From: Candidatus Multivoradales bacterium
GTDB lineage: Bacteria > Acidobacteriota > Thermoanaerobaculia > Multivoradales > JAHEKO01
Length of the DNA: 64,000 bases
Assembly: GCA_965223855.1 (NCBI GenBank)
Contig: CBDCXM010000009.1
Span: 1,376,001-1,440,000 of the forward strand
Reading direction: 5' to 3'
Part shown: positions 1 through 10,669 of the stretch, one piece after another
Layout of the letters: the number at the start of each line of letters is the position of its first letter
Position numbering within the stretch: position 1 is the first letter of the stretch
Translations under genes and position numbers: made by a program
Notes under the pieces: model-generated
Told to the model about the DNA's origin: nothing
Database searches by the model: none
What the model saw: the letters and a program-made list of their open reading frames with translations, nothing else

Positions 1-1
1 C

Positions 2-739
2 CTGGCCCGACGGCTCGTCGATTCCCTGACGGCCAGGGCTGGCGCCGGCGGCCCGGATCGAGATCGCGGCGAAGTGGTGCTCGCTCCGGGGGTCGCGGCT
101 CGGATCCTGGCGGCGCTCGAGCCGCTGTGGGATGGAGCCGCCGGGGCAAAGCGGGCGCTCGAGCTCAACGATCGCAACGATCGTCTCGGCTCTTCCCTGT
201 TGACCGTGGTCGATGACGGGGACCTGGCGGGTGGTGTGATGGCCTCTCCCTGGGACGGGGAGGGGGCGCCCACGCGCCGCCGGGTGCTGGTCGATCGCGG
301 CAGGTACGTGCAGCCACTCGTCGATTGGCGCGAAGCCGCGCCGCCGCGCTGGCGCGCGTCCGGTTGTGTCCGCCGGCCCGGTTGGCGGGACTGGCCGGTC
401 CGCGGCCCGAGTCATCTCTTCATCGAGCCCGACCGCAACGTCGCCGCCGGGGAACTCGTGGCGGCGGTCACACGCGGCTATTACCTGCTCGAGGCGGTCG
501 GTGCCGTGCGGGTCGAAGCCGGGGGGGAGCGCTTCCGGGTCCCGGTCTGCGGCTTCTCCCTCGATCGCGGACGCGCGGTCGAGACCGTCGGCTCGACCTG
601 GCTATGCGGCACGGTCGGCGGCTTCCTCCGCGGAGTGCGAGGGGTGGCGCGCGACCTCGCCTTCGTGCCGGCGGGAGGGATGATCGGCTCGCCGAGCCTC
701 CTCGTCGGCGGGCTCGAGCTGCGCTCTCAGGAGCGCTGA
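2..739 (+). CDS. TldD/PmbA family metalloprotease, C-terminal part (5' truncated by window edge)
   Basis: Motifs LTVVDDG, PWDGEGAPTRRRVLVDRG, PSHLFIEP and MIGSPSLLV match the TldD/PmbA C-terminal domain; frame appears open to the window start. Confidence 0.8.
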   Translation: MARRLVDSLTARAGAGGPDRDRGEVVLAPGVAARILAALEPLWDGAAGAKRALELNDRNDRLGSSLLTVVDDGDLAGGVMASPWDGEGAPTRRRVLVDRGRYVQPLVDWREAAPPRWRASGCVRRPGWRDWPVRGPSHLFIEPDRNVAAGELVAAVTRGYYLLEAVGAVRVEAGGERFRVPVCGFSLDRGRAVETVGSTWLCGTVGGFLRGVRGVARDLAFVPAGGMIGSPSLLVGGLELRSQER

Positions 740-802
740 GACCGGCCCCGGGGCCGGAAGATCGCGACGATCCTCCGGCAGCACCCGGGTCAGGGCTCCG
801 GG

Positions 803-1447
803 CTAGCGCTTCTCCTCGGCCTCGGCCTCGGCGGCGTCGGAGTCCGTCTCGATCGCCTCGAGTTCCGGCACCAGGAGCCCCAGGATCGGCGCGGGATCGT
901 CGTAGACCCGTGTCCGCCGGCCGGCTGAGTGCTTCAGGTAGTGGTGCATCGAAGCCCAGGTGGCGAGCTCGTTGAAGAGAATCTCCGGGTTGTGATGCGC
1001 CTCCAGGAGGGCGGGGTCGAGCTCGAAGGCTCGCGAGAAGCGCAGGACCGCCCTCCGGTGACGCTGCCGGGCGGCGAGCGCCGAGCCGAGTGCGTAGTGG
1101 GCGCGTGCAAACCCGGGGTCGATATCGACCGCCTTGCGGAAGTGGGTGGCGGCGTTGCGCGGCTGCCCCGTCTCGAGCAGCAAAAGACCGAGGTTGTAAT
1201 GAGCGAGCACCGAGGTGGCGTCGAGGTCGATGGCGGTTTCGTAGGCGGCGCGAGCCTCATCGAGGCGGCCCGCCATCACCAGCAGGTTGCCGTAGTCGCT
1301 CCACAGTGCCGAGTCGCGTGGAGTCTCCTCGATCTGCGCCTCCATCGCCTCGAGAGTGGTCGAGATCGGACTGGCGGACGCGGCTCCGCCGACGAGAACC
1401 AGTACGAGGAGGGCGGTCGGGATCGTCTGCTGTGGACGTAGCGGCAT
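803..1447 (-). CDS. Secreted tetratricopeptide-repeat protein
   Basis: Signal peptide, then TPR units (LWSDYGNLL, AHYNLGLLL, AHYALGSAL). Confidence 0.8.
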   Translation of the reverse strand: MPLRPQQTIPTALLVLVLVGGAASASPISTTLEAMEAQIEETPRDSALWSDYGNLLVMAGRLDEARAAYETAIDLDATSVLAHYNLGLLLLETGQPRNAATHFRKAVDIDPGFARAHYALGSALAARQRHRRAVLRFSRAFELDPALLEAHHNPEILFNELATWASMHHYLKHSAGRRTRVYDDPAPILGLLVPELEAIETDSDAAEAEAEEKR

Positions 1448-1475
1448 GCTCGTGTCTCCGGGATCGTTACGGCGG

Positions 1476-2018
1476 CTAGCGGCCCTTGCTCCGGTCGGCT
1501 CCGCGGCCGATCGGGCGCGCCTTCAGTGTCTTCTTGCCGTCCTGCGAGATCACCCTGAACTGCACCGAGCTGCAACCGGTGCGGCCTCGAATCTCCTCGA
1601 CCTTGGTGTCGAGGAACTGGCGGAAGCCGCCCAGCGTCGTCGTCTCGTCGTCGCTGCCCTCGTAGAGCTCGGAGTAGAGCCGCCGGACGGCGCGGCCACC
1701 GCGCTCGCGGCCGGCGACGACGGACTCGACAGGCTTGCTTCGGATCTGGTGTCGGTTGCGCTGGTCCCGGGAACGCCGGTCGAAGAGTTCGTTGTAGCTG
1801 CGCAGCTTCGCCGCCAGGCTGGAGAGCCGGAAGCGTTCCGCCGTCGAGCGCTGGGGAGACGACCTCAGGTTGGCGATCCGGGTCTCGAGCTCTTCGCGAA
1901 GGGCTCGCGGCGGTTGATCGATGTCGCCGGCCAGGAAGCGCGACTGTTCGATCTGGAGTTGTCGGATCTCGCGCTCGAGCCGGTCGAGGGCGCGGTTGGT
2001 GGCGGGGGTGTCGGTCAT
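1476..2018 (-). CDS. Hypothetical protein resembling MXAN_5187 C-terminal domain proteins
   Basis: Start re-assigned to ATG 2018; helical ERFRLSSLAAKLRSYNELFDRR and terminal FRVISQDGKKTLKA pattern. Confidence 0.6.
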   Translation of the reverse strand: MTDTPATNRALDRLEREIRQLQIEQSRFLAGDIDQPPRALREELETRIANLRSSPQRSTAERFRLSSLAAKLRSYNELFDRRSRDQRNRHQIRSKPVESVVAGRERGGRAVRRLYSELYEGSDDETTTLGGFRQFLDTKVEEIRGRTGCSSVQFRVISQDGKKTLKARPIGRGADRSKGR

Positions 2019-2110
2019 CACGTCGGCCCGGGATGGCAGGGTCTCTCGGGAGTATACGGGCCAGGGATCGGCTGCGCCCAGTTCGGCGGTGAGCGCCGTA
2101 CAATGAAGGG

Positions 2111-3427
2111 GTGCCTGCGTTCCGTCTTCTCGTCGTCGAAGACCGCGCCTCTCTGCGGCGGATGCTCGAACACGCACTGACCGGAGAAGGACACCGGGTC
2201 GCTGCAGTCGGCGACGCAGAGACCGCTCGCGAGCTGCTGGCGAGCGAGACCTTCGATCTGGTGCTGACCGACCTGAAGCTCCCCGGGGGCAGTGGTCTCG
2301 ACGTGGTGAAGTCGGCGCGCCGCCGGCAGCCCGACGCTCCCGTCATCGTGCTGACGGCTTTCGGCACCGTCGCTACGGCGGTCGAAGCGATGAAGCTGGG
2401 AGCGACCGACTTCCTGGAGAAGCCGGTCGAGATCGAAGACCTGTTCGCGCTGGTCGATGCAGCTCTGACCCGCCCCGCGGAGCCGTCTTCCTTCTCGACA
2501 CCGGGAGGGACGACGATCGTCGGTTCGCACCCTCACCTGCGCGCCGCGCTCCGCCTGCTGGAACGGGTCGCTCCGACCGACAGCACCGTGCTCCTGACGG
2601 GAGAGAGCGGTACCGGCAAGGAGCTCTTCGCCCGCGCTCTCCACGATCTGTCGCAGCGCTCCGGCGGCCCCTTCGTGGCGGTCAACTGTGCCGCCATTCC
2701 GGCGTCCCTGGTCGAGAGCGAGCTCTTCGGTCATGAAAAGGGTGCGTTCACCGGCGCCCATCGCACCCGTGCCGGTCGCTTCGAACGAGCGTCCGGCGGC
2801 ACCCTTCTGCTCGACGAGATCGGCGATCTCGATCTCACGGTGCAGAGCAAGGTGTTGCGGGTACTGGAGGAGAAGACCTACGAGAGGGTCGGGGGGGAGT
2901 CTTCTAGACGTTCGGATGTGCGTCTCGTCGCTGCGACCAACCGGGACCTGGCAGCGATGGCCGAGGCTGGCGAGTTCCGTTCCGACCTCCGGTTCCGCCT
3001 CGACGTCTTCCCGATCGAGCTCCCGCCGCTGCGGGACCGGATCGCCGACCTGCCGGAGCTGGCGGCACATCTGCTCGCGAAGCTCGCGACCCGGCATTCA
3101 CGTTCGCCCGCCAGGCTGTCGGAGTCGGCGTTGCGCCGACTCGAGGAACAGCCGTGGCCGGGCAATGTGCGGCAGCTCGCGAACGTGCTCGAACGGGCCC
3201 TGATCCTCTCGAACGGGGACGTACTGGGCGAGGAGCTCTTCGATGCCCTGCCGGAGCAGCCGGACGAAGCAGAGGAGCGGGAGCGCCGCCAGCTCGAGTC
3301 GGCGCTCGTCGCCGCCCGTGGCGACAAGCACGAGGCGGCGCGCGCTCTTGGAGTGAGCTACCGCACCCTTCTGCGCCGGGTGGCGCGGCATCGGCTCGAA
3401 GGGGTCGGTCGCTACGTCGATCCCTGA
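2111..3427 (+). CDS. Sigma-54-dependent response regulator (NtrC/PilR-like: REC, AAA+, HTH)
   Basis: REC (LVVEDR, DLKLPG), Walker [33 protein letters not shown]-terminal Fis-type HTH. Confidence 0.95.
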   Translation: MPAFRLLVVEDRASLRRMLEHALTGEGHRVAAVGDAETARELLASETFDLVLTDLKLPGGSGLDVVKSARRRQPDAPVIVLTAFGTVATAVEAMKLGATDFLEKPVEIEDLFALVDAALTRPAEPSSFSTPGGTTIVGSHPHLRAALRLLERVAPTDSTVLLTGESGTGKELFARALHDLSQRSGGPFVAVNCAAIPASLVESELFGHEKGAFTGAHRTRAGRFERASGGTLLLDEIGDLDLTVQSKVLRVLEEKTYERVGGESSRRSDVRLVAATNRDLAAMAEAGEFRSDLRFRLDVFPIELPPLRDRIADLPELAAHLLAKLATRHSRSPARLSESALRRLEEQPWPGNVRQLANVLERALILSNGDVLGEELFDALPEQPDEAEERERRQLESALVAARGDKHEAARALGVSYRTLLRRVARHRLEGVGRYVDP

Positions 3428-3485
3428 AGCGCCCCCTGGCGAAAAAGCGCCCGGAAGACGGTCGGCGCCCTGACGAAGTCGGCGG

Positions 3486-4223
3486 TCAGCTCTGGTCGGC
3501 GTCGCGCTCTGCGTCGGCGTCGCGCTCTGCGTCGGCGCTGCCGGTTTCGAGATCGACGCTGGTGACCGTGAACCGGAGAGCACCGATCGAGAACGTCTCG
3601 CGGAACTGCACATTGAACGTCGAGGTCTGCCCTGGCCTCAGCGATGCAAGAGCGGGTTCGACGGTCTGTGTGGCGACGCGATTGCCGTCGTCGTCGTAGA
3701 CGGTCGCTTCGACGACGATGCCGGTGGCGAAGACGTTGCCGTCGTTGCGGACGGTGCCGGACACCAGACGACCCTCGCCGTCCTCCGGATCGCTCTCTTC
3801 CCACGCGGTCACGCGAACCGGGGAGGCGATCGGTGGGGGAGTGGCGCTTGCAGCCGAAGTCCCGTCTTCGGCGCCGTCGGGAGCCGCCGGCTCCGGCAGC
3901 GGATCGACGTGCGCCACGTCGGCATCGGTGATGACGATGCGCGCCTTCGGCTTCTGCTGCATCTCGGGCTCCGGGGCCGCGTCGGCGGACTCCTCGGTCC
4001 ACGCTTCGGTCGCGTCGAAGTCGACATCCTCGGCGCGCAGCGACTCGAGACCGCCTCCGGCGCGGGTGTAGACGACCATCGCGCCTTTTCGCTGCCAGTC
4101 GCCTTCGATCTCGATCACGGTGCCGTCGGTCGTCACGAGCACCCCCGCCGGAGCGGCGAGGGCGACGAAGATGCCCAGGGCGGCAGCGGTCGCTGCAGGT
4201 ATCCACAGTCGGCGTTGCATCAT
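3486..4223 (-). CDS. Secreted protein with acidic/Pro linker and FxLYD-like Ig-fold C-terminal domain
   Basis: Signal peptide; VSGTVRNDG...ATVYDDDGNRV...LRPGQTSTFNV pattern; DAERDA tandem tail. Confidence 0.6.
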   Translation of the reverse strand: MMQRRLWIPAATAAALGIFVALAAPAGVLVTTDGTVIEIEGDWQRKGAMVVYTRAGGGLESLRAEDVDFDATEAWTEESADAAPEPEMQQKPKARIVITDADVAHVDPLPEPAAPDGAEDGTSAASATPPPIASPVRVTAWEESDPEDGEGRLVSGTVRNDGNVFATGIVVEATVYDDDGNRVATQTVEPALASLRPGQTSTFNVQFRETFSIGALRFTVTSVDLETGSADAERDADAERDADQS

Positions 4224-4279
4224 TGCTCTCCTCGAGAGGGCTCTCTCAGAAGCGGGCCGGTTTCGTGACTCATCGTGCC

Positions 4280-7200
4280 TCAGAAGTCGCGGAAATTCTT
4301 TTCTACCACGCAGATCGGGACCGGGGCGATGAAGTCGATCCCGGTGCCCGAGTTGCGGGTCTTGACGTCGATCCGGTAGCCGGGCGGGAACGAGCAGTTG
4401 GCCGGGAAGTTCTCCTTCAACCGGTCACGAATGAACCTGAGTCGGTTGTCGAGGGTGTCGATGACGTCCGTGCCGGCCTCGGGTGCAGGGTTCTTCGTCT
4501 GCGCCTGCTCGGTGAACGGCGACGACACCAGACCCTCGACCGTGACGAAGCGCTCCAGGTCGTTGGCGCTGTTGATGTCGGGGTCGTCCGAGAGCAGCCC
4601 GTCCGCATTGGTGGTGAAGACGCCGTAGATGTTGCTGGTACCGCTCTCGCGACACAGCGACTCCTCCGGGATGACGATCGGTCCGTCGGGGTTGGGGATG
4701 AAGGTCGAGAAGAAGAGGATCCCCGAAAGGGCGAACGGCTCCGTGACGAGGCGTTCGTCGGCCGCCAACTCGAGCCACCAGCCCTCGCCCGGTAGCAGCA
4801 GGTTGGTGCTGCCGAAGGTCGCGGACGTCGGTGTCAGCGGTTCGAGGTCGGTCGATGCGGGCGAGAACGGCTCGAACGTCGGATCCATGATCGTCGTCTG
4901 CCCGACGTTGTCGACGAAGGTGAAGAAGCGCCCGGACGGCTGCTGGCGACGGAAGATGTTCTCCCGCTCGCCGGTGCCGACCGCGATCGCGTACTTGTTG
5001 AACTCGGAAAGGAAGATCACCGAGGGTGGGTAGAAGATCGGCCGCACCTCGGGAGGGATCGTGCCCGGAGCGGTCGTCTCGAGCAGCACGAACGGGGCGA
5101 AGTCGGTGTCGAGAATCCGTCGCTGGAGCTTGGAGACTACGGTCCCGTCGGCGGCGACCTCCTGAACGAGGTGAAGCTCGGCAAACGGGTACTTGAGGTC
5201 AGGACCCCCGTCGTCGATCGGGAAGAGCACGGTCCGGTAGAGCAGACCGAGCGTCGTGCCGAAGTAGACCGTGTCGATGTAGCCGTCGAAATTGGTATCG
5301 ACCGCGGCGGGTTCGGCGGCGACCGCTCCCATCACCGGGAACTTGTAGATCGGATCACCGGTCTCGACGTCGATCATGTACAGGAAGTTGCCGCGCTGGA
5401 ACTCGGCGCGCGGGTCGTAGCCGCCGCCGACGATCAGCACGTAGCGGTCCTCGAGCTGCGGGTCGGCTCCGGTACAGCCACTGGTGCAGACCTGAATGCG
5501 GCCGACGTTCGGGTTCGACCAGGCGAAAGCGAGATCGACGTAACCGTTGTCGTCCTCGTCGAGTCTCACGCCGTCGATCGAGTCGCTGAACTCCCAGAGG
5601 ATCGAGCCGAAGGCGATCGGGCCGCAACCGTCCTCCGCCGGGGTGATGCCGTCGATCGAACGCAGGCAGCCCGGCGGCTCGAGGCCGGTCACTTCGGGGA
5701 TGGGGGAGACTCCCGGCGCAACCGCGGGCAGCGGATCGGGCTGCGTGACGTCGATGACGTAGTAGCCCGAGGTCGGATGGTTGCGCGGATCCTCGGTGTC
5801 GAGAGGGTTGGAGTCGAGCGGGCTCGACAGGTCGCCGATCCCCTCCGGTGGTACGTGACCGCCTTCGCGCAGGCCGCCGATGAGGACGGTGCGCCACTCG
5901 CGATCGTCTTCTCTCGGAGGATCGAGCGTCGAGTCTGTGCCCTCGTGGATCGGGTCGATGAAGACGTCCGCAGCCTGAGTGCGGCCGTCGACGCTGTAAC
6001 GGTGCCGTGGTAGTCCTTCCGTGAGGTCGCGGACCGTCGGCATCGCCTGCCGCGGCACGACGGCGAAGAGTTCCCGGCCCGAGCCGTTGTCGTAGATGCA
6101 CGGGCGCGGGTCGCCCGAGACCTCGCGGCAGACGCCGGCGTCGAGGCCGTGCAGCATGCCGCCGTTGGCGCCGAAGAGCAGAACCCGTCGGCGGAAGGCG
6201 TGCAGGATCGAGAACTCCCGGTAGCCGTCGAGATCCTGCAGGAAGTAGAGCAGGTTGTTCGGCGAGGTGAAGAAGAGCGGGTCGGAGTGGAAGATGTCGG
6301 TCAGCAGATAGTCGATCGGCGTCGGGAAGTCGTCGTTCTGGGGCGTCGTCTTCTTCTCGAGCGTCTCGCCGATGACGTTGTTGGCCCGCGTCCTCGCCAG
6401 ATCGTGGGTCGGCGTCAGCAACGGGTCGAAGGGGATGTCGAAGCCGCGCCACAGGTCGAACTCCTGAGCGAGCGGCGTGGTGCCGTCCTGGGTCTCCTCG
6501 AAGAAGTGGCGCTTGCGGGGCACCCGATCGCCGAACTCACCGTAGAAGATGCGGCGCTGGTTGGCCAACTCGCCGACCGGGTCCGCCTCGTTGTACTGGT
6601 TGTCGAGGATCACCTGGCCCGCCTCCCACAGGAGACAGGCAGACGGGTCGTCGGTCGGATCGGTCGGGTCGGGATCGGGCGGGCAGGGGATGCTCGTGTC
6701 CGGCCGGTTGAACTCGTCGACCGGCACCGGCTTGAGGAAGGCGTTGACGCGGCCGATCCAGTTGGAGCGCTGCGGTACCGGTGTGAACTCGCTCAGGAAC
6801 ACCTTGTCGGCGGCTTCCGCCTGCACCGAGGGCACCGCGGCGGTGGCGAAGGCGCTCGGCGCCGGCTTGATCTGATCGAGGATGCTGATCAGCGCGTCGA
6901 CGAGCTCGTCTTTGTTCTGCGGGTAGATCACCCCGGGTCCGTCGCTGTCGATCGATCCGTCGAGGTCGTAGTCCTCGTTGCCGGTGCCGCCGGTCGAGGC
7001 CATGCAGCGCAGCGACCGGTTCTCGCGCCCGGGGCCGGTCGGAGGCCATTCGTCCACCGGCAGGCCCACCGTGTCGCTGGGGATACAGCTCGGGTCGGTG
7101 TCGCTGGGGCAGCAATTCACGCCCGGCTCTTCATCGGGGTCGCCCGAGCAGCGCGGCAGATAGGGTCGGTGCGGCGCCACGCCGAACGCGACGACGAAGG

Positions 7201-8635
7201 TCGGGACGCCCAGGCTTTCGAACAACTCCTTGGTGCCCTGCGTATCGCACGGGTCGTCGCCGTCGCAGGTGCTCTGGTTGCCGTCCGAGAGGACGATCAG
7301 GTAGGTGCGGCGGCAGAAGGTGCTCGGATCGCTGTTCTGCGCAACGTTGACCCATCCTGTGCTGCCGGCCATGAAGTCGTGGAACGACCGCAACGAAGTA
7401 CCGATCGGGGTGGCGCCGAACGACAGAATCGGCCGCGCCGCCTCGTCCTTGAGCCGCAACTCGTCGGCCGGGTTGACGATGTCCTCGAAGTACGTGGCGA
7501 CCCTGAAATCGGGGTTGGCGTTTGGGTCGAGCGCCAGGTTCGGTGCCAGTCGCTCGAGCAACGCCTGGCGGTTGTCGTTGCGCCAGTCGATCGGCAGCAC
7601 GTCGCCGACGTCGAGGAGGCCCGGGAAATCGACGTCCGGGACCGTCGGCCAGCGGATGTTGTAGCCGTCCCAGGTGTCGGCGACGGTGTCGGTGTTGGCG
7701 TCCCAATTGACGCACGTGTTGCCGGCGGGGCCGTCGCTCACCGTCCCCTGAGCAAAGAAGCCGGGCTGAAAGTCGGTCCGATCGGTGTTGATGTCCCAGT
7801 TGTCGAAGTCGGTGACGTAGCCGAAATCGACTTCCCGGGTCTCCACCTGGTCGAACGTAGTGCAATCGATGTCGGCGCACCGACGGCGTCTCACCTGCAT
7901 CTCGATCGTCGGCGCGCCGAGCGTGGTCGAGTTCGAGGTGAGGGCGCCGAAGCGCATCTCGTAGGTCTCACCGCCGAAGGCGACGAAGAAGGTCCGGAAG
8001 GCGTTCGCGTCGCCGTTGAGATCGGGCGTGTGCTTGGGCCACGCCTGCATCCGTTCGCGATCCCACCGCAGGTTGAGGTTGGCCGGCGTGGCGGCGGCGC
8101 ACCCGGTGTCGTCGTCGGGGTCGGGTCCGACGAAGCAGCCCCAGGTCGCGCCGAAGGTGTGTAGGTCGCCCTGCACGGGGTCGGGGCCGGAGGTGTCTCT
8201 GCCGCGCGGGTAGGGCCCGTAGCCGGGGATGTTCGGACCGTCTTCCAGTGCCTCGTAGAGCCAGTGCTTGCGCCGCAGCCGCAGGTCGTCCTGGTTGAAG
8301 GTGGCGAAGCCGACCTGGATGTCGTCGGTCTGGTCGATCACCTCGTAGACCGCCTGCTTGGCCTGGAAGAGCTTCGAGTTCGGGCTGTCGCCGGCACCGG
8401 GAGCCCAGCAGCTGCCCAGCGGGCAGAGCAGGTCGCACTCGCCGGCATCGAAGTCCTCCTGGGTGCACTGGGCGCTCCAGTGCATCGAGCCGGAGGTGTC
8501 GAAGAGAAAGAAGACCGTCGGCAGCTCCTCGAACCCGGAGATGAGGCGACGATCGTCGGCGAAGGTCGGGGCGACGCAGGCCGCGCCGAGAGCGACGACG
8601 AGCGACAGGAGGCAGAGGCGGGAAGTTCGGTTCAT
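4280..8635 (-). CDS. pilY1: Type IV pilus tip adhesin PilY1/PilC (vWA plus beta-propeller), 1451 aa
   Basis: Signal peptide; MIDAS-like DTSGSM and LSDG; PilY1 propeller motifs DIFHSDP, FGANGGMLH, GRELFAVVP, YSVDG, DTNFDGYID; follows minor pilins. Confidence 0.9.
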   Translation of the reverse strand: MNRTSRLCLLSLVVALGAACVAPTFADDRRLISGFEELPTVFFLFDTSGSMHWSAQCTQEDFDAGECDLLCPLGSCWAPGAGDSPNSKLFQAKQAVYEVIDQTDDIQVGFATFNQDDLRLRRKHWLYEALEDGPNIPGYGPYPRGRDTSGPDPVQGDLHTFGATWGCFVGPDPDDDTGCAAATPANLNLRWDRERMQAWPKHTPDLNGDANAFRTFFVAFGGETYEMRFGALTSNSTTLGAPTIEMQVRRRRCADIDCTTFDQVETREVDFGYVTDFDNWDINTDRTDFQPGFFAQGTVSDGPAGNTCVNWDANTDTVADTWDGYNIRWPTVPDVDFPGLLDVGDVLPIDWRNDNRQALLERLAPNLALDPNANPDFRVATYFEDIVNPADELRLKDEAARPILSFGATPIGTSLRSFHDFMAGSTGWVNVAQNSDPSTFCRRTYLIVLSDGNQSTCDGDDPCDTQGTKELFESLGVPTFVVAFGVAPHRPYLPRCSGDPDEEPGVNCCPSDTDPSCIPSDTVGLPVDEWPPTGPGRENRSLRCMASTGGTGNEDYDLDGSIDSDGPGVIYPQNKDELVDALISILDQIKPAPSAFATAAVPSVQAEAADKVFLSEFTPVPQRSNWIGRVNAFLKPVPVDEFNRPDTSIPCPPDPDPTDPTDDPSACLLWEAGQVILDNQYNEADPVGELANQRRIFYGEFGDRVPRKRHFFEETQDGTTPLAQEFDLWRGFDIPFDPLLTPTHDLARTRANNVIGETLEKKTTPQNDDFPTPIDYLLTDIFHSDPLFFTSPNNLLYFLQDLDGYREFSILHAFRRRVLLFGANGGMLHGLDAGVCREVSGDPRPCIYDNGSGRELFAVVPRQAMPTVRDLTEGLPRHRYSVDGRTQAADVFIDPIHEGTDSTLDPPREDDREWRTVLIGGLREGGHVPPEGIGDLSSPLDSNPLDTEDPRNHPTSGYYVIDVTQPDPLPAVAPGVSPIPEVTGLEPPGCLRSIDGITPAEDGCGPIAFGSILWEFSDSIDGVRLDEDDNGYVDLAFAWSNPNVGRIQVCTSGCTGADPQLEDRYVLIVGGGYDPRAEFQRGNFLYMIDVETGDPIYKFPVMGAVAAEPAAVDTNFDGYIDTVYFGTTLGLLYRTVLFPIDDGGPDLKYPFAELHLVQEVAADGTVVSKLQRRILDTDFAPFVLLETTAPGTIPPEVRPIFYPPSVIFLSEFNKYAIAVGTGERENIFRRQQPSGRFFTFVDNVGQTTIMDPTFEPFSPASTDLEPLTPTSATFGSTNLLLPGEGWWLELAADERLVTEPFALSGILFFSTFIPNPDGPIVIPEESLCRESGTSNIYGVFTTNADGLLSDDPDINSANDLERFVTVEGLVSSPFTEQAQTKNPAPEAGTDVIDTLDNRLRFIRDRLKENFPANCSFPPGYRIDVKTRNSGTGIDFIAPVPICVVEKNFRDF

Positions 8636-8669
8636 GGGGTCTCTCCCAAGGGGGTCTGCGGTTCCCGCC

Positions 8670-9248
8670 CTAGAGGGCGAGCTTCTCCGCGAGGAGCTCA
8701 GGGCTCAGGCGCTCGATCGGAAACAGCGAGGACGCCGGTACCCGCCACGGCTGGATGTCGATTGTGGCGGCGACGCGACGCCGCGTCGTGCTTTCGTAGA
8801 GGTTCTGGCGCTCACCGTTCGAGGGGAGCGCGATGTTGGTGCGCTGGTACGACGCGTCCCGGTAGGAGCCGGCGTTGTTGATCTCGCACAGGTTGCAGGG
8901 CGAGAGCTGCATCGGCAGGAGCGGGCCGACCTCGACCCGGCTCTGGACCAGCTGGGTGTCGACGATGTCCGCCGCCTCGTTGAGGATGTAGGCGTTGTTG
9001 TCGGGGTCGTTGACGTCGTAGGCGTAGTCGCTCGCCACCAGAATGCGGGCCGCGGCGATACCGATCCCGGAGTCGCTCGTGTAGAAGGTCCGCTCGAGGA
9101 TCCGCTCGTTGAAGCCGATCTGGCTCTCGGTGCTGGTGATGAGGGCGAGCGAGAGGCCCATCAGAGTCAGGACGACGAGCAGCAGGAGGCTGATGATGTA
9201 GGCCGAGCCCGCCTCACGGGCGCGGTCGGACAGAAGGTGTCGGTTCAT
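8670..9248 (-). CDS. pilX: PilX-like minor pilin
   Basis: Start ATG 9248; class III leader EAG/SAYIISLLLLVVLTLMGL lacking Glu5, ITSTESQIGFNER; position between pilW and pilY1. Confidence 0.8.
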   Translation of the reverse strand: MNRHLLSDRAREAGSAYIISLLLLVVLTLMGLSLALITSTESQIGFNERILERTFYTSDSGIGIAAARILVASDYAYDVNDPDNNAYILNEAADIVDTQLVQSRVEVGPLLPMQLSPCNLCEINNAGSYRDASYQRTNIALPSNGERQNLYESTTRRRVAATIDIQPWRVPASSLFPIERLSPELLAEKLAL

Positions 9249-10669
9249 CACAGGTTCCTCAGATCGGCGATCGTGGTGAGCAGGAGGCGACGTCGTGAAC
9301 GACCCTCGAGGTTGTTGACGATGTCGTCGTCGTCGAGGGCGTACTGGTGGTCCTCGAGATCGGTGAGCTCGTCCGCCTGGTAGCCGCCGTCGGGGCGGGC
9401 CGCCATGGCGAGAGTCGTGACCCTGGCGTAGTAGAGGCGCGGCCGCGGCTGGCTGTTCGTGAAGGTCGGCGGAGTCGAACCGGCGGCCGAGTTGGGCGAC
9501 CACGGCAGGCTGGTGAGCGCCGAGGTGTCGCCGGCGTCGTTGAAGAGCCAGTCGTCGGTGGCGGTATCGCCGGTCGCCTCCACATCCGCGTCGAAGATGA
9601 CGTCGTCCGGGCCGGTGTTGTTGAGGTCGGCGGCGAAGTGCCCGTCGGAAGACCCGTTCCCGTCGTAGCTCGAGTCGAAGCCGAGGGCGACCTGGAGGTC
9701 GTAGATGTTGTCGGCCAGATCGCTGGCATAGCCGCCGTCGGGGTGTGGCTCCTCGGTCCCGGGGTAGAAGCGGGCGCGCGACAGCCGGGGGGCGCCGCCC
9801 TCGTCAGGCTCCGGCTCCCGGATGTAGTAGCGGTACTCTTCGAGCAGCGCCACCATGCCGACACCGGTGAGATCGCGCGGCGGGACCCAGTCGGGGCGGT
9901 TCATGAGGGCGCTGTCCGGAAAGACGCCGTCGGCGGACAGTCGGTCGTACGCGGCGGCATGCGGGCTCGCATTACCGACCTGGTAGGCGACGGTGATCGT
10001 GAACTGGACGGTGGGGTCGGGTTCGTAGGGGTCCGGAACTCCCGTCAGATCCGAGCCGCCGGGATTGAGCTGCGCCACGCCGTAGATCTCGTCGCTGAGA
10101 TTGCTCACGAGGAGCAGCGCGTCGGGGCGGCCTGCCCGGATCGCTTCGATCAGCGCGCTCAGGTCCTGGAACACCGAGCCGGCGACGTGGCTCGCGACGA
10201 CCACCGAACCGCCGGCGCCGCCGACGGGGGCGAAGGTGGCCGGATTGGTGAAGTCGACGAAGAGCGGCGGGCTGTTGAAGTGGCCCCGCACGGTGAGCAC
10301 GTCGGTCCCCTCGAGGACCGCGTCCGAGTCGTTGTTGTCGAGGGAGATCTTGGTGTCGGCGGGAACATTGTTGCGCAGCGAGATGGCGGGCGTGACCGAA
10401 GCGGGGAAGGAGGCCGCGGTGTCGCCTGCGACCGCGAAGCCGGGCAGGCCGCCGCGACCCGCCATCCGCAGGTAGCGCAGTAGCTCTCGCTGAGCGACGC
10501 GGCCGGACTGCTGGAGATCGGACTGGTGGATCTGAGCCCGCGACAGCTTGTTCGTGTAGTTGAACATCGCGAAGGCGCCGCCCAGCACGAGGGACACCAG
10601 AACCAGGGTGACGAGCAGCTCGACGAGCGAGAAACCACTCTCGCGATGAGGAGTCCGGGCGGTGATCAT
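9248..10669 (-). CDS. pilW: PilW-like minor pilin
   Basis: Start ATG 10669; ESG/FSLVELLVTL, LLRYLRMAG, LADNIYDLQVALG, terminal ADLRNL; TGATG coupling on both sides. Confidence 0.8.
   Translation of the reverse strand: MITARTPHRESGFSLVELLVTLVLVSLVLGGAFAMFNYTNKLSRAQIHQSDLQQSGRVAQRELLRYLRMAGRGGLPGFAVAGDTAASFPASVTPAISLRNNVPADTKISLDNNDSDAVLEGTDVLTVRGHFNSPPLFVDFTNPATFAPVGGAGGSVVVASHVAGSVFQDLSALIEAIRAGRPDALLLVSNLSDEIYGVAQLNPGGSDLTGVPDPYEPDPTVQFTITVAYQVGNASPHAAAYDRLSADGVFPDSALMNRPDWVPPRDLTGVGMVALLEEYRYYIREPEPDEGGAPRLSRARFYPGTEEPHPDGGYASDLADNIYDLQVALGFDSSYDGNGSSDGHFAADLNNTGPDDVIFDADVEATGDTATDDWLFNDAGDTSALTSLPWSPNSAAGSTPPTFTNSQPRPRLYYARVTTLAMAARPDGGYQADELTDLEDHQYALDDDDIVNNLEGRSRRRLLLTTIADLRNL

Noticed and set aside
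3494-3537. 18-bp tandem repeat as a regulatory or mobile element
   Set aside because: In-frame coding repeat producing the low-complexity DAERDA tail
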